From positions 27,271 through 91,270 of the forward strand of contig JAYZBC010000025.1 of assembly GCA_036339375.1 (NCBI GenBank): a stretch of DNA of 64,000 nucleotides, in the 5' to 3' direction. Position 1 is the stretch's first letter; every line of letters starts with the position of its first letter. A program made the translations under genes and the position numbers. Positions 18,527-27,799 of this stretch are shown in pieces. The notes under the pieces are model-generated. The model saw only the letters and a program-made list of their open reading frames with translations, ran no database searches and had not been told where the DNA came from. The DNA comes from Pseudomonadota bacterium. Lineage in GTDB: Bacteria; Pseudomonadota; Alphaproteobacteria; MPNO01; UBA2964.

Positions 18527-20092
18527 TTAGCCGTTACCTGTCTCACCCAACCAACGAAAGTAGGGATCTTGCATTGCCCGAAGTTCAGAGAGTTCATCAT
18601 CAGAAAACCATTTAGAAAAATCCATTTCCTCGACTGGATAATGGGCTCGTTCATAAACCTGTACACCGAGGGGTGCTGTAGCATCAATTCCCATACCTCC
18701 ATCAGATACGGAGATATTGCCAATCTTGTGTTCAGAAGGCTGAAAAGCCTGACCTCGTCCGTATTCGTTATAAACGATGTAATCTTTAGTAGCAGAAGCA
18801 CGCGATTGAATGGCCCACATCACGTCTTCCGGTTGCCAGGGGTCAATATCATCATCCACAACAACGACGAGTCGCATGCCTCGGTAAAGTCCCATTATGG
18901 CGGTGAGTAAATTGCGCTGCATACCTTCATCGGAGCGCCGACGTTTTTTTACCTGGATAACCAATCCACCCCAAAGTGTTAGACCTAGCCAGCTCGCAAC
19001 ATCTTTTACAAAGCCAGGGGCCATCCTTTCACAAAGCTCAAAAACGCTGGCACACATAAAAGGGGCCTCATACCAAAAAGCACCAAAATGTGGGGTGTAC
19101 ACAATTGGATTATTTTTACGCCGAGTTACTGCGGTGAGTTCAAAAGCCCGGGGCGTCCGATATGCATGGCCCATAGTACGCGCCCACTCGGGATGCAATA
19201 AAGCCACCCCTTGTTTACCCATTTCTTCTGCTTCAGCAGTTTCCCAAACACGTTCTCCTTCTACAACATACCCCTCAAGTGACCACTCAGCATTGGCAAT
19301 TGTATATGCATCTACCGTTTTGGCCTTCACTACATCCACTGGGTAACCCTGAATGGCACCAGCAAAACCCAGCTTATCTGTCTGCCCGGGGAAAATGACA
19401 GGGTTCATAGTAGAGACTGAAACTAGTTCAGGACCGACAGGTGGGCAAATATTTACCGTGCATGGTACTTTCTCCCCTTGGTGACGCGAGCAAATTACGT
19501 CACCAGCGCCCCCTGGCACCATGTTTATAGAAGCAAGTTTGTGTCCTTCTCTAAACGACATTCGATACATAGAAATTTGACTACCACCCCCAGGTACCCA
19601 GGGTTCACCCATAAAAAGATGTGATCCCGCACCGAAAATTCTTCCGCCATCTTGGAAGGTGTGTTGTGCAACGGGTATAATTTCTTCAATATGATTAAAA
19701 TCTTTCCCCGGGATAAGTGTTTCCTCATGGACCGGACCGTCGTCTACCACGCGTGGGGCAATTGGATTTTCAACCTGCTTTAATAGCTGATTTTTGATGT
19801 TTCGGAAGTCATCACACCCGTGAAATAAACACACACGCTCTTTTCTAGAGTATAGATTAGATATCATCCTAACATTTGGATAACCTTTGATTTTGTTAGC
19901 AACAATTACTTTAGAGTTATCAAAGGCTTTGGTTATAGTACACATCTCAACGTGGGGATCGACCTCGGCGTCAATATAGTGAACATCGTCGCCAAGCCAT
20001 TCAAGTGTAGACCGTAAGTCAACAAGCCCTTCACCACGCGTCAGGCTGCTAAACCTTTGATCGTCTAGCTTAACTGTCATTCGGTCTGACAT
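18527..20092 (-). CDS. UbiD-family decarboxylase paralog 4 (divergent)
   Basis: 521 aa. UbiD-like throughout (QDGGRIFGAG..., NAEWSLEG) but much more divergent than paralogs 1-3. Confidence 0.7.
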   Translation of the reverse strand: MSDRMTVKLDDQRFSSLTRGEGLVDLRSTLEWLGDDVHYIDAEVDPHVEMCTITKAFDNSKVIVANKIKGYPNVRMISNLYSRKERVCLFHGCDDFRNIKNQLLKQVENPIAPRVVDDGPVHEETLIPGKDFNHIEEIIPVAQHTFQDGGRIFGAGSHLFMGEPWVPGGGSQISMYRMSFREGHKLASINMVPGGAGDVICSRHQGEKVPCTVNICPPVGPELVSVSTMNPVIFPGQTDKLGFAGAIQGYPVDVVKAKTVDAYTIANAEWSLEGYVVEGERVWETAEAEEMGKQGVALLHPEWARTMGHAYRTPRAFELTAVTRRKNNPIVYTPHFGAFWYEAPFMCASVFELCERMAPGFVKDVASWLGLTLWGGLVIQVKKRRRSDEGMQRNLLTAIMGLYRGMRLVVVVDDDIDPWQPEDVMWAIQSRASATKDYIVYNEYGRGQAFQPSEHKIGNISVSDGGMGIDATAPLGVQVYERAHYPVEEMDFSKWFSDDELSELRAMQDPYFRWLGETGNG

Positions 20093-20248
20093 TTGCGTCC
20101 TCCTACATAAAAACTTTAATCGATATTATAGTTTAATCTTTATAAACGAACCTAGTTTAAATCAACAGGGCTTTCCCGTTTTGTTACACAGCGTTAATAT
20201 TAATAACAATTTTTATATTTTTCTGATCGGAACAAGAAGGAGACCGAA

Positions 20249-20764
20249 ATGTTAGATTCACCGGAATTTGCAAAGCCTGCCAAAACCAACAAACAAATGA
20301 AAGAACAAGAAGTTTCGTTTGCCGAAATTCAAACTCCTTATTGTTTTTCACTGAAAGGCCAATTGCTTGACCAAGGCCGAACAGACACCGTATTAGCTGC
20401 AACTGATGATTTGACTATCCGGCTCAAAATTTACGCATCTGGCGGGGAAAATGAACTCCATGCTCACCCCCACGAGGATCACAGTTTTATGATTCTACAA
20501 GGTTCCGCCAAATTTTTTGGTCCGAATGAAGAAGAAATTGATTTAAAACAATGGGAAGGAATCATGTTGCCGCGCGGCAATTTATATAAATTTTATGCTA
20601 CCAGCAAAGAACCTCTTGTCATGATACGAGTTGGAAACCCTAACTATAAAAAACAAACGGCACCCTACCGTGTCAACAAAAAGGGTGTGGAAATGAGAGG
20701 TGATTCTGAAGAGAACAAAACCGTTCCCGTCATTTTCAAAGAAGATACCTTTTTCGGTAGTTAA
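20249..20764 (+). CDS. Cupin-domain protein
   Basis: 171 aa with cupin motifs (GGENELHAHPHEDHSFMILQGSAKF...). Divergently transcribed from UbiD-4. Confidence 0.55.
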   Translation: MLDSPEFAKPAKTNKQMKEQEVSFAEIQTPYCFSLKGQLLDQGRTDTVLAATDDLTIRLKIYASGGENELHAHPHEDHSFMILQGSAKFFGPNEEEIDLKQWEGIMLPRGNLYKFYATSKEPLVMIRVGNPNYKKQTAPYRVNKKGVEMRGDSEENKTVPVIFKEDTFFGS

Positions 20765-20888
20765 TACCCTCAAAAAAAGATAACTTTTTTAAAAAATCCA
20801 ACGGGCTAAGTTTATCCAAATGCGGAATTTGAAGGTTGTTAAGTGGTTAAAAGGTGAAACCAAAAATTATAAAAGAGCCAGAATTTTA

Positions 20889-21986
20889 CTAATCTCTGAT
20901 ATCCTGGAGAAACCATTCGGTTGGAAATTGCCTCCCTACTTTCGCCTTCAACGCTTTTTCGTAAACTAGTCCACCAACAGACGAAAATTGCAAACCCTGG
21001 TTGCCTATATTGTGATAGAAAGTAATCTGTTCATCGTCTGTTCGTCCAAGAGAAGGATCTTTTACTAATTCGCCAAAATCTGGGTAATCGGCCACAAAAT
21101 TGAAATTTTCCTGTTTAGGGGGCAGACGCGTGCGTTCTTCTTCAGAACCTGCAACCCAAGCCATTGGACTATGCCCTACCCCTTTTAAAATATCATCCCC
21201 ATCGATCTTTAAACCGGATTTTCCCTGGGAAATTTTTACATCACAACTTTCTATTACCTCATTTGAAATTTCTAGTGGGCCGAGCATCGTAACGTGTTGG
21301 CCAGGAGACAACCATTCTGCATCAAATGTAGGTTCCATTGAATCAGTACAAGAGGAAACAATATCTGCACCGCGAACAGCCTCTTCGGGGGAACTAACAG
21401 GTACCACTTCGATATTTAACCGCCGGCTCATTTCAGAGGCATAAGCATTTCGATTTGCCTCCGTCGGGCTATAAACTTTAACAGAGCGGATTCCCCGAAC
21501 GGCGCAATAGGCTTGGAGATAGGTGCGGGCCATACCCCCCGATCCAAGCATGCCAACTGAAGTGGAGTTTTTGCGAGCGAGATATTTTGCTCCAATTCCA
21601 CCGCCACCTCCTACTCGCATGTGTTGTAAAACTCCATCATTTATAAAGGCAAGAGGCTCACCATTCTTTGTAGAAAAAAGCATAATCAAACCACAATATG
21701 TCCCAGGTTCAATACAAAATTTATCTTCTCTCCAGTTACCTTTTTCATTGACCGGCCATGTCATAATGTCAGATTTCATTCGAATGGCTAAGTATCCACC
21801 GGAACAACCCTCCATTGTTCCCCACCGATAATATCCATCCTCAAGATCACAAGGTGCATAAATATCTGAACGTGGCCGATGTGTTGCACGGCCTTCTGCC
21901 AAGTCTGAAAATGCTTTTTCTTGAGCAGCAATACAGTCTTCCATAGTCAAAATTTCTTGTACAACATCATTATGGATAAACAACAT
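20889..21986 (-). CDS. Ornithine cyclodeaminase / mu-crystallin family NAD(P)-dependent enzyme
   Basis: 365 aa with the OCD/mu-crystallin pattern, including a Rossmann motif (MLGSGGMARTYLQA). Confidence 0.7.
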   Translation of the reverse strand: MLFIHNDVVQEILTMEDCIAAQEKAFSDLAEGRATHRPRSDIYAPCDLEDGYYRWGTMEGCSGGYLAIRMKSDIMTWPVNEKGNWREDKFCIEPGTYCGLIMLFSTKNGEPLAFINDGVLQHMRVGGGGGIGAKYLARKNSTSVGMLGSGGMARTYLQAYCAVRGIRSVKVYSPTEANRNAYASEMSRRLNIEVVPVSSPEEAVRGADIVSSCTDSMEPTFDAEWLSPGQHVTMLGPLEISNEVIESCDVKISQGKSGLKIDGDDILKGVGHSPMAWVAGSEEERTRLPPKQENFNFVADYPDFGELVKDPSLGRTDDEQITFYHNIGNQGLQFSSVGGLVYEKALKAKVGRQFPTEWFLQDIRD

Positions 21987-22273
21987 TTTGTTCTCCCTAG
22001 TTTTGTCTTTCAGTCAAACACTTCAATGAAAAATACAAAAGTTACTCAGCTTAGGTTCAAGTTACGTCGGATACAATACGACAAAGAAATCAAAAAAGAA
22101 TCATCTATTCTGGTCCATAGTAAAAATTTATTCCCACAGTAACCAAAAAATCTATTGAATGATCAAAATTGATTTTCCAAATCCAAAGAACATCCTGTTT
22201 GCTTATTTAAAAGAATTTATTGAATGAAGGTTCAAACCAATAATATAAGTTAGAAATTTAATTTTTCTTCGAC

Positions 22274-23269
22274 CTAAACCTTAAATTCGCTTTGAACCTC
22301 TTTAGGAAACATTTCTTCAGGCGTTAAGTGCCGGTGAAACAACCCCTGTTCGTAACCATAGAGCAGAAATGCCTCCAACGTTTTTCGGTTTGGCTCAATA
22401 CCATAAGGATAGAAATCATTTCCAAATAAATCACGTGCTTCCGATGCTGCATTATAAACCCACGCGATTGGAGCCCTACATGCTGTTATATCGAGCATTC
22501 TCTCGAGTGATCGATTTTTTGCCTCGGTAAGGGCCTTGACCATATTCTGAGCCACCCAGGGGTCTGCTTCAAAAACTTCTCTCCGAATTGCGTAGAGGTG
22601 CATGATGGGCCAAATACCCGTCTTTTCATAATACTCCTTTTCTACCCGCTGGTAATCTTTATAAAGACGTACAATTCGGGGATCACCCTGTTCAACCAGG
22701 TCTGGAGGATGTGCCGTTAAAATTGCATCAATGTCACCCGCCAGTAAAAGTTCAGTCAAAGATTTGTCTGGACACGGAATTAACTTAACTCCATCAGGAA
22801 GCTTAAGAGCGACCTTTTCTTTTCGGCCGGCTTGATTGACACCAGCTTGGTGCCATTCGATTTCGTTTAATGGAATTCCTATGTCATGCTGAAGCCAGCC
22901 ACGTGAATACACCGAAGCGGATTGACCCCATTCTGGTATTCCAATTCTTTTACCAGCCAGATCTTCAGCCTTTTTCACAACGCTATCAGCAGAAATGTAG
23001 AGTGAAGACTGACGATGAACGCGGGAAGGAAATATCGGCAATCCCACAAACCGATCATCGCCTTGACTTATCATTGAGGTGTATTTTCCAGAAGAAATTT
23101 CTGAAATATCGTATTCTTCAAAATTGATAAAGCGATGAAACATTTCTTCAATTTGAACTGTCATCGCTATTAAATCTATTCCCTCTGGTTCAACAGGGCC
23201 TAGGGTTAGGTCTCTTACATGGTCATAATCGCTTGTAGCGAACGTAAGTTTTAACCGTTTCTTCGGCAT
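22274..23269 (-). CDS. Cytoplasmic NMT1/THI5-like (SsuA-fold) protein resembling 4,5-dihydroxyphthalate decarboxylase (Pht5/PhtD-like)
   Basis: 331 aa with no signal peptide (MPKKRLKLTFATSDYDHVRDLTLGPVEPEGIDL...), a periplasmic-binding-protein-like fold outside any transporter operon. The Pht5 similarity is recalled from memory, not searched. Confidence 0.45.
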   Translation of the reverse strand: MPKKRLKLTFATSDYDHVRDLTLGPVEPEGIDLIAMTVQIEEMFHRFINFEEYDISEISSGKYTSMISQGDDRFVGLPIFPSRVHRQSSLYISADSVVKKAEDLAGKRIGIPEWGQSASVYSRGWLQHDIGIPLNEIEWHQAGVNQAGRKEKVALKLPDGVKLIPCPDKSLTELLLAGDIDAILTAHPPDLVEQGDPRIVRLYKDYQRVEKEYYEKTGIWPIMHLYAIRREVFEADPWVAQNMVKALTEAKNRSLERMLDITACRAPIAWVYNAASEARDLFGNDFYPYGIEPNRKTLEAFLLYGYEQGLFHRHLTPEEMFPKEVQSEFKV

Positions 23270-23431
23270 TCTCTAAGAGCTCCCAATTTTTTTATTTATA
23301 GAAAACAGATGTTTACAATTTTTAATGTTAAATTATTCTGTTCATTCGTTAAACGGATTTAAAAAAAAAATTGAATTTATTTACCTGGTAACGTAAGAGC
23401 TTTATATCATAAACATTTTCGGGGCCAGACC

Positions 23432-24394
23432 ATGGCAGACTTTAAAGATTTCATGCCAAAAGGCGTAATTCCAGCGACGTTACTTGGATTTAGCGAGGAT
23501 TACACCATTGATGAAAAGGCAACCCGCAATCATTTAAAACATGTGTCGAATGTAAGAGGAATTAGTGCAATCACCATAAACGGACATTCCTCTGAAATTC
23601 ACGCTTGTAGCGAGAAGGAACAACAACAACTGCTAGATTTAGCGCTCAATGAAGTTGGTAATAAAATACCTCTCATTAACGGTATTTGGGCTGATGGTAG
23701 TCACCAAGCCGCTCGTATGGCACGACAGGCAGAAGCGGCAGGCGCGTCTTGTCTTCTCATATTTCCACCACAGCCCATAATGATGATGCAGGGACAGCAA
23801 AAACCTGAAATGGCTATCACCCACTTTAAGATAATTGCAAATGCTACAAACTTGCCCCTAATCGCCTTTCAGTATCCTAATAATTTTGCATACCGCCTGG
23901 AAACACTGCATAAGATGATTGAAGAGATTCCTACACTTGTGGCAATTAAGGACTGGAATATGGGGCACCTTCACGAACGACACATTCGTGAACTGCAAAA
24001 CGGTCCTCGCCCTTTCAACGTACTCACCACGAATAGTGCTTGGTTGATGTCCTCACTAACTATGGGAGCTAATGGTTTATTGTCTGGATCAGGAAGCGTC
24101 ATAGCAGATTTACATGTAGCTTTATTCGATGCCGTTCGGGAGGGTGATTTGAAAAGAGCCCAGCTTATTAATGACCGAATTTTTCCAACCGCCCAATGTT
24201 TTTATGCTCCCCCGGAAACTGATATGCATAATCGCATGAAAACAGCATTACTTATGTTGGGGCGTATGCCTAATGCCGTAGTCAGGCCACCACTCACCAA
24301 CCTCTCGGAAGATGAACTTACCAAAATTCAAAAAGCAGTACAGGATGCGGGACTAAGTTATGAAGGCGCCAATATTTTGAAAAAAGCAGCCTAG
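23432..24394 (+). CDS. DapA/DHDPS-family class I aldolase (pyruvate-dependent aldolase or hydratase-aldolase)
   Basis: 320 aa with DHDPS-family features including the Schiff-base lysine context (VAIKDWN). Confidence 0.7.
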   Translation: MADFKDFMPKGVIPATLLGFSEDYTIDEKATRNHLKHVSNVRGISAITINGHSSEIHACSEKEQQQLLDLALNEVGNKIPLINGIWADGSHQAARMARQAEAAGASCLLIFPPQPIMMMQGQQKPEMAITHFKIIANATNLPLIAFQYPNNFAYRLETLHKMIEEIPTLVAIKDWNMGHLHERHIRELQNGPRPFNVLTTNSAWLMSSLTMGANGLLSGSGSVIADLHVALFDAVREGDLKRAQLINDRIFPTAQCFYAPPETDMHNRMKTALLMLGRMPNAVVRPPLTNLSEDELTKIQKAVQDAGLSYEGANILKKAA

Positions 24395-25506
24395 TTTACA
24401 TTTGTAGTTGTTTTTTTGTTACGTAAACCCAAACGTTGCATACGAGGTAAAATTTCGTCACGAACGATAGGCATGTCATCAACATAATTCACAAGGCCAA
24501 TAGCCATCCCGTTAAGGCCACAATCGGCTAAGAATTTAAATTTTTCGGCCACTTCATCATAACTTCCAATTACCGGATACGTGCCGGTTCCACTGATTAT
24601 TGCTTCTTTCATTTCCGCCAACTTTGGACCAGAAGAAGACCCACCCCTGGTTCTAATTTGGACGGTATATTCGGCTGCCTCCCAGTCTCCATTTTCAAAG
24701 ACCAAATAATGATAATACTCTGCAGCTTCTTTTGAGGTTGGTCTGGTAATTACATGGCCGCTAGCATAAATACCCGAAGTCCGTTTAGATACTGCGTTCC
24801 TTAAGTCTTCGACTTTTCCAGCAAGCTCCCCAAGCTCTCTTATGGATGTAAACAAACAATCACAGTGACGAGCAGCAAAATTCCGTCCTACAGGAGAATT
24901 CCCAGCACTAATTAATAACGGTCGATCACCACCAAATGGTTTTGGTTTACATTTTACTTCTTTTACATCGAAATATTTTCCTTTAAAATCAAATGGCTCA
25001 TTTTCCTCCCAAATGCGTTTAACGATGGTGATCCATTCTTCTGAATACGCGTAGCGTGCGTCATGATCCCGAATCGAAACACCGTGCATCTCATGCTCAC
25101 CTACATTCCAACCAGAAACGATATTAAGTCCAAACCTTCCTCTCCCGATATGATCAGCGGTAACCATTTGTTTTGCACAAAATACTGGCCCTATTAATGA
25201 AACGTGAACTGTCCCAAAAATTGAAATTTTCTGAGTAGAGGATAAAAGGCCAGATGCCCAGGTCAAAGTTTCAAAAGAAGAACTTGCGGTATCTGTTTCC
25301 CCGCCATAACCATGCCAACGACCTATTGGAAGAATAAATTCTAGTCCTGCATCATCAGCAAGTTGAGCAGCCTTTACATTATTTTCCCAGGACGCGACCC
25401 AATATTCCGGAGCCTTTGTCATCGTAAGACCCCCAGAACAATTCATGCCAAACAAGCCCAACCTAAATTTGTTCTCGTTGTACATTCGTGTTTTGAACCG
25501 GCTCAT
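24391..25506 (-). CDS. LLM-class (luciferase-like) flavin-dependent monooxygenase
   Basis: 371 aa with the TIM-barrel LLM pattern (...GLFGMNCSGG...). Confidence 0.7.
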   Translation of the reverse strand: MSRFKTRMYNENKFRLGLFGMNCSGGLTMTKAPEYWVASWENNVKAAQLADDAGLEFILPIGRWHGYGGETDTASSSFETLTWASGLLSSTQKISIFGTVHVSLIGPVFCAKQMVTADHIGRGRFGLNIVSGWNVGEHEMHGVSIRDHDARYAYSEEWITIVKRIWEENEPFDFKGKYFDVKEVKCKPKPFGGDRPLLISAGNSPVGRNFAARHCDCLFTSIRELGELAGKVEDLRNAVSKRTSGIYASGHVITRPTSKEAAEYYHYLVFENGDWEAAEYTVQIRTRGGSSSGPKLAEMKEAIISGTGTYPVIGSYDEVAEKFKFLADCGLNGMAIGLVNYVDDMPIVRDEILPRMQRLGLRNKKTTTNVN

Positions 25507-25584
25507 CCCTTCCCCCGGTGACGAAGAATATACTTTAATTTAAATGTTAAGTTTTTATCACACCAACTCTTTGACATCCCCTCA

Positions 25585-25614
25585 AATTAAAACGACGGGG
25601 CATCGCCCCGTCGT
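25585..25614 (-). terminator. Rho-independent terminator of the bicupin dioxygenase gene
   Basis: Perfect 10-bp GC-rich stem ACGACGGGGC / GCCCCGTCGT with a 3-nt loop, followed on the minus strand by TTTTAATTT. Confidence 0.6.
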
Positions 25615-25636
25615 ATAATTCAAAAATGGCAATTGT

Positions 25637-26758
25637 TCACCCATATTGAGATTCATCAATGAATTTCCCCATTAGGGAGTCTGCCCCAGCTTTTTTCATT
25701 GCCTCCAGAAAAATCTGATGTATACGGGGATCTTGATCTCCGTATTCAAGCTGGGCACCACCCTTATTAACATCTACATCCATACCCATGAAAATCCTGC
25801 GTTTTTCTTCCATTAGCGGATAACGTAAACCACCACACGCAACCGCCAGATAACGAGATGGTATGGCCGCAGCATTAAAATGCTGATGAAACATCATATC
25901 AGGAGGAGCAAAAACAGTACCGTGGGTCCAATCAACTCTCGTAAAATCCTTATCCCCCTCATACCAAAGAAGGGAATAACCGTGACCCGTTACACACATA
26001 ACGTGGAAATCTGCCCCATGCCGATGACCCTTTTTATAGGTCCCGACTGGCATTTCCGACATATGTGCATGCATTGCACCATCAGCGAGAACAAACATCA
26101 TATTTGACCCACCAGCGCCTCTCGCCTCCCATTTTTGTAACTCAAACGTCTGTAAATCTGGAATAAAATTTGTTTCCCACATATGACGGCCTGGACGTTT
26201 TGGTATAAACGTACCCTCTCCCGCATAATAATCTGCCGATCCCTCACGGGTTGGGAAACGAAAAGAATTATTGAATAAAAAATCATAATCATGAAACACA
26301 TTCATAATCATAGGCATATTGTTAGTTGAGGATAAACGGGCAGGTTCTTGCCCTGAACCATTGAAATGCTGATATTTGGCATTAAGAGGTAAAGCAAACA
26401 AGCTTCCCTTGCCCCACTCAAAACTGTGTTTAGTTCCATCAGCCGTTTCAACCTGGGTGCTGCCTTGCCCTGCAAGGCAATAAACCACCTCTTCAAACAT
26501 ATGTTGTTGAGGAGATGTTTTTCCGCCCGGTTGAAGTTCCAGAACGAATACCGACAACCAATCGCCTCTTCCCTTAAGATGAGCGAATGCGCCATGTGCA
26601 TCGAAACGCGCCCAAGGCTTTACATCTATTTTCGGAAGATCAATTCCAAAATCTTCAACAATGGGGACCCCTTCGCCCTCGCACCAATCAAGGAATGGGT
26701 CCGAAAGAAACGGTTTTTCATCTACTTCAGATCTTACTTCTTGTTCGATCGTGTCCAT
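25637..26758 (-). CDS. Bicupin ring-cleavage dioxygenase, gentisate 1,2-dioxygenase-like
   Basis: 373 aa with two cupin modules carrying His-rich metal motifs, and a size typical of gentisate / 1-hydroxy-2-naphthoate dioxygenases. Confidence 0.5.
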   Translation of the reverse strand: MDTIEQEVRSEVDEKPFLSDPFLDWCEGEGVPIVEDFGIDLPKIDVKPWARFDAHGAFAHLKGRGDWLSVFVLELQPGGKTSPQQHMFEEVVYCLAGQGSTQVETADGTKHSFEWGKGSLFALPLNAKYQHFNGSGQEPARLSSTNNMPMIMNVFHDYDFLFNNSFRFPTREGSADYYAGEGTFIPKRPGRHMWETNFIPDLQTFELQKWEARGAGGSNMMFVLADGAMHAHMSEMPVGTYKKGHRHGADFHVMCVTGHGYSLLWYEGDKDFTRVDWTHGTVFAPPDMMFHQHFNAAAIPSRYLAVACGGLRYPLMEEKRRIFMGMDVDVNKGGAQLEYGDQDPRIHQIFLEAMKKAGADSLMGKFIDESQYG

Positions 26759-26983
26759 TTTTATTTTCCCAATAAAAAATTATTCAATTTTCTTAAAGCC
26801 AATTCCACCTGCTTTATCCTAGTGTGGGTAACCCCAATGGTGCAAGTCGTGTATGAATGTAACGTAAAATACCCATAATTTTTTTATAGCCCGTAACTTT
26901 TCCAGGAACCATTAATTTCCAATAAAAAAGTCATCTATTGCGAGACTATATTTTAGAAGATAAAATTAAAAAGAAAATTCTTT

Positions 26984-27799
26984 TTGTGTCAGAAGAAAGC
27001 CCAGGAGAACAATAAATTGGCTAAACACAAGGCTGAAACTTTAAAAATAAATGACTGCAACATACAAAGTCTCCGAGGCGGATCGGGCGAGACAATGCTG
27101 TTTTTGCATGGGGCGGGTGGAATTAATGGCTGGACGCCCTATTTAGATGCGCTTTCTGACCGGTTCAATCTAATAGCTCCGAGCCACCCTGGTTATGGCA
27201 ATTCGGATAATCCAGACTGGTTAGATAATATGGCAGACCTAGCCTATTTCTACCTAGATTTTATTGAACAACAAAAACTAGACCAAATTCATTTAATTGG
27301 GCATTCCCTTGGTGGCTGGCTCGCAAGTGAAATTGCTGTAAGAAATGCTGAACGTATTAAAACATTAACTTTGGTTGCCTCTGCAGGACTACGTGTAATT
27401 GGGGAGCCAATGGGTGACATTTTTATGTGGAGCAAGGAAGAACGGGCACACAACCTTTTCTACGACTCAAAACTTGCAGAGCAGAGATTGTCAGAAAACC
27501 TTTCGTTAGAAGAAGAAGACATGCAACTTAGGAATTTTTTTACCACTGGAAAACTTTCCTGGAACCCCCGTTTTCATAACCCCCATCTCGACAAATGGCT
27601 GCATAGAATAAAAATTCCAACGATGATAATTTGGGGTGATTCCGACAAAATTTTTCCACCGGCCTATGGGGAAGCCTATAAAAATGCGATACCGGGCTCC
27701 CAGTTACTAGTAATTCCAAATTGTGGGCACGTTCCCCACCAAGAAAAACTGACGGAATTTTTAGCAGGGATAGACACTATTACCAAAGGAGCCAAATGA
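26984..27799 (+). CDS. Alpha/beta-hydrolase fold hydrolase (C-C bond / ester hydrolase type)
   Basis: HGAGG oxyanion region and GHSLGG nucleophile elbow. The true start is probably the TTG about 33 nt in (MAKHKAETLKIN...), which has an AGGAGA SD. The stop overlaps the next gene's start (ATGA). Confidence 0.7.
   Translation: MCQKKAQENNKLAKHKAETLKINDCNIQSLRGGSGETMLFLHGAGGINGWTPYLDALSDRFNLIAPSHPGYGNSDNPDWLDNMADLAYFYLDFIEQQKLDQIHLIGHSLGGWLASEIAVRNAERIKTLTLVASAGLRVIGEPMGDIFMWSKEERAHNLFYDSKLAEQRLSENLSLEEEDMQLRNFFTTGKLSWNPRFHNPHLDKWLHRIKIPTMIIWGDSDKIFPPAYGEAYKNAIPGSQLLVIPNCGHVPHQEKLTEFLAGIDTITKGAK

Noticed and set aside
18419-18910. 163-aa + strand ORF spanning the ligase/UbiD-4 junction
   Set aside because: It is antisense to both genes, with no RBS and no recognisable fold.
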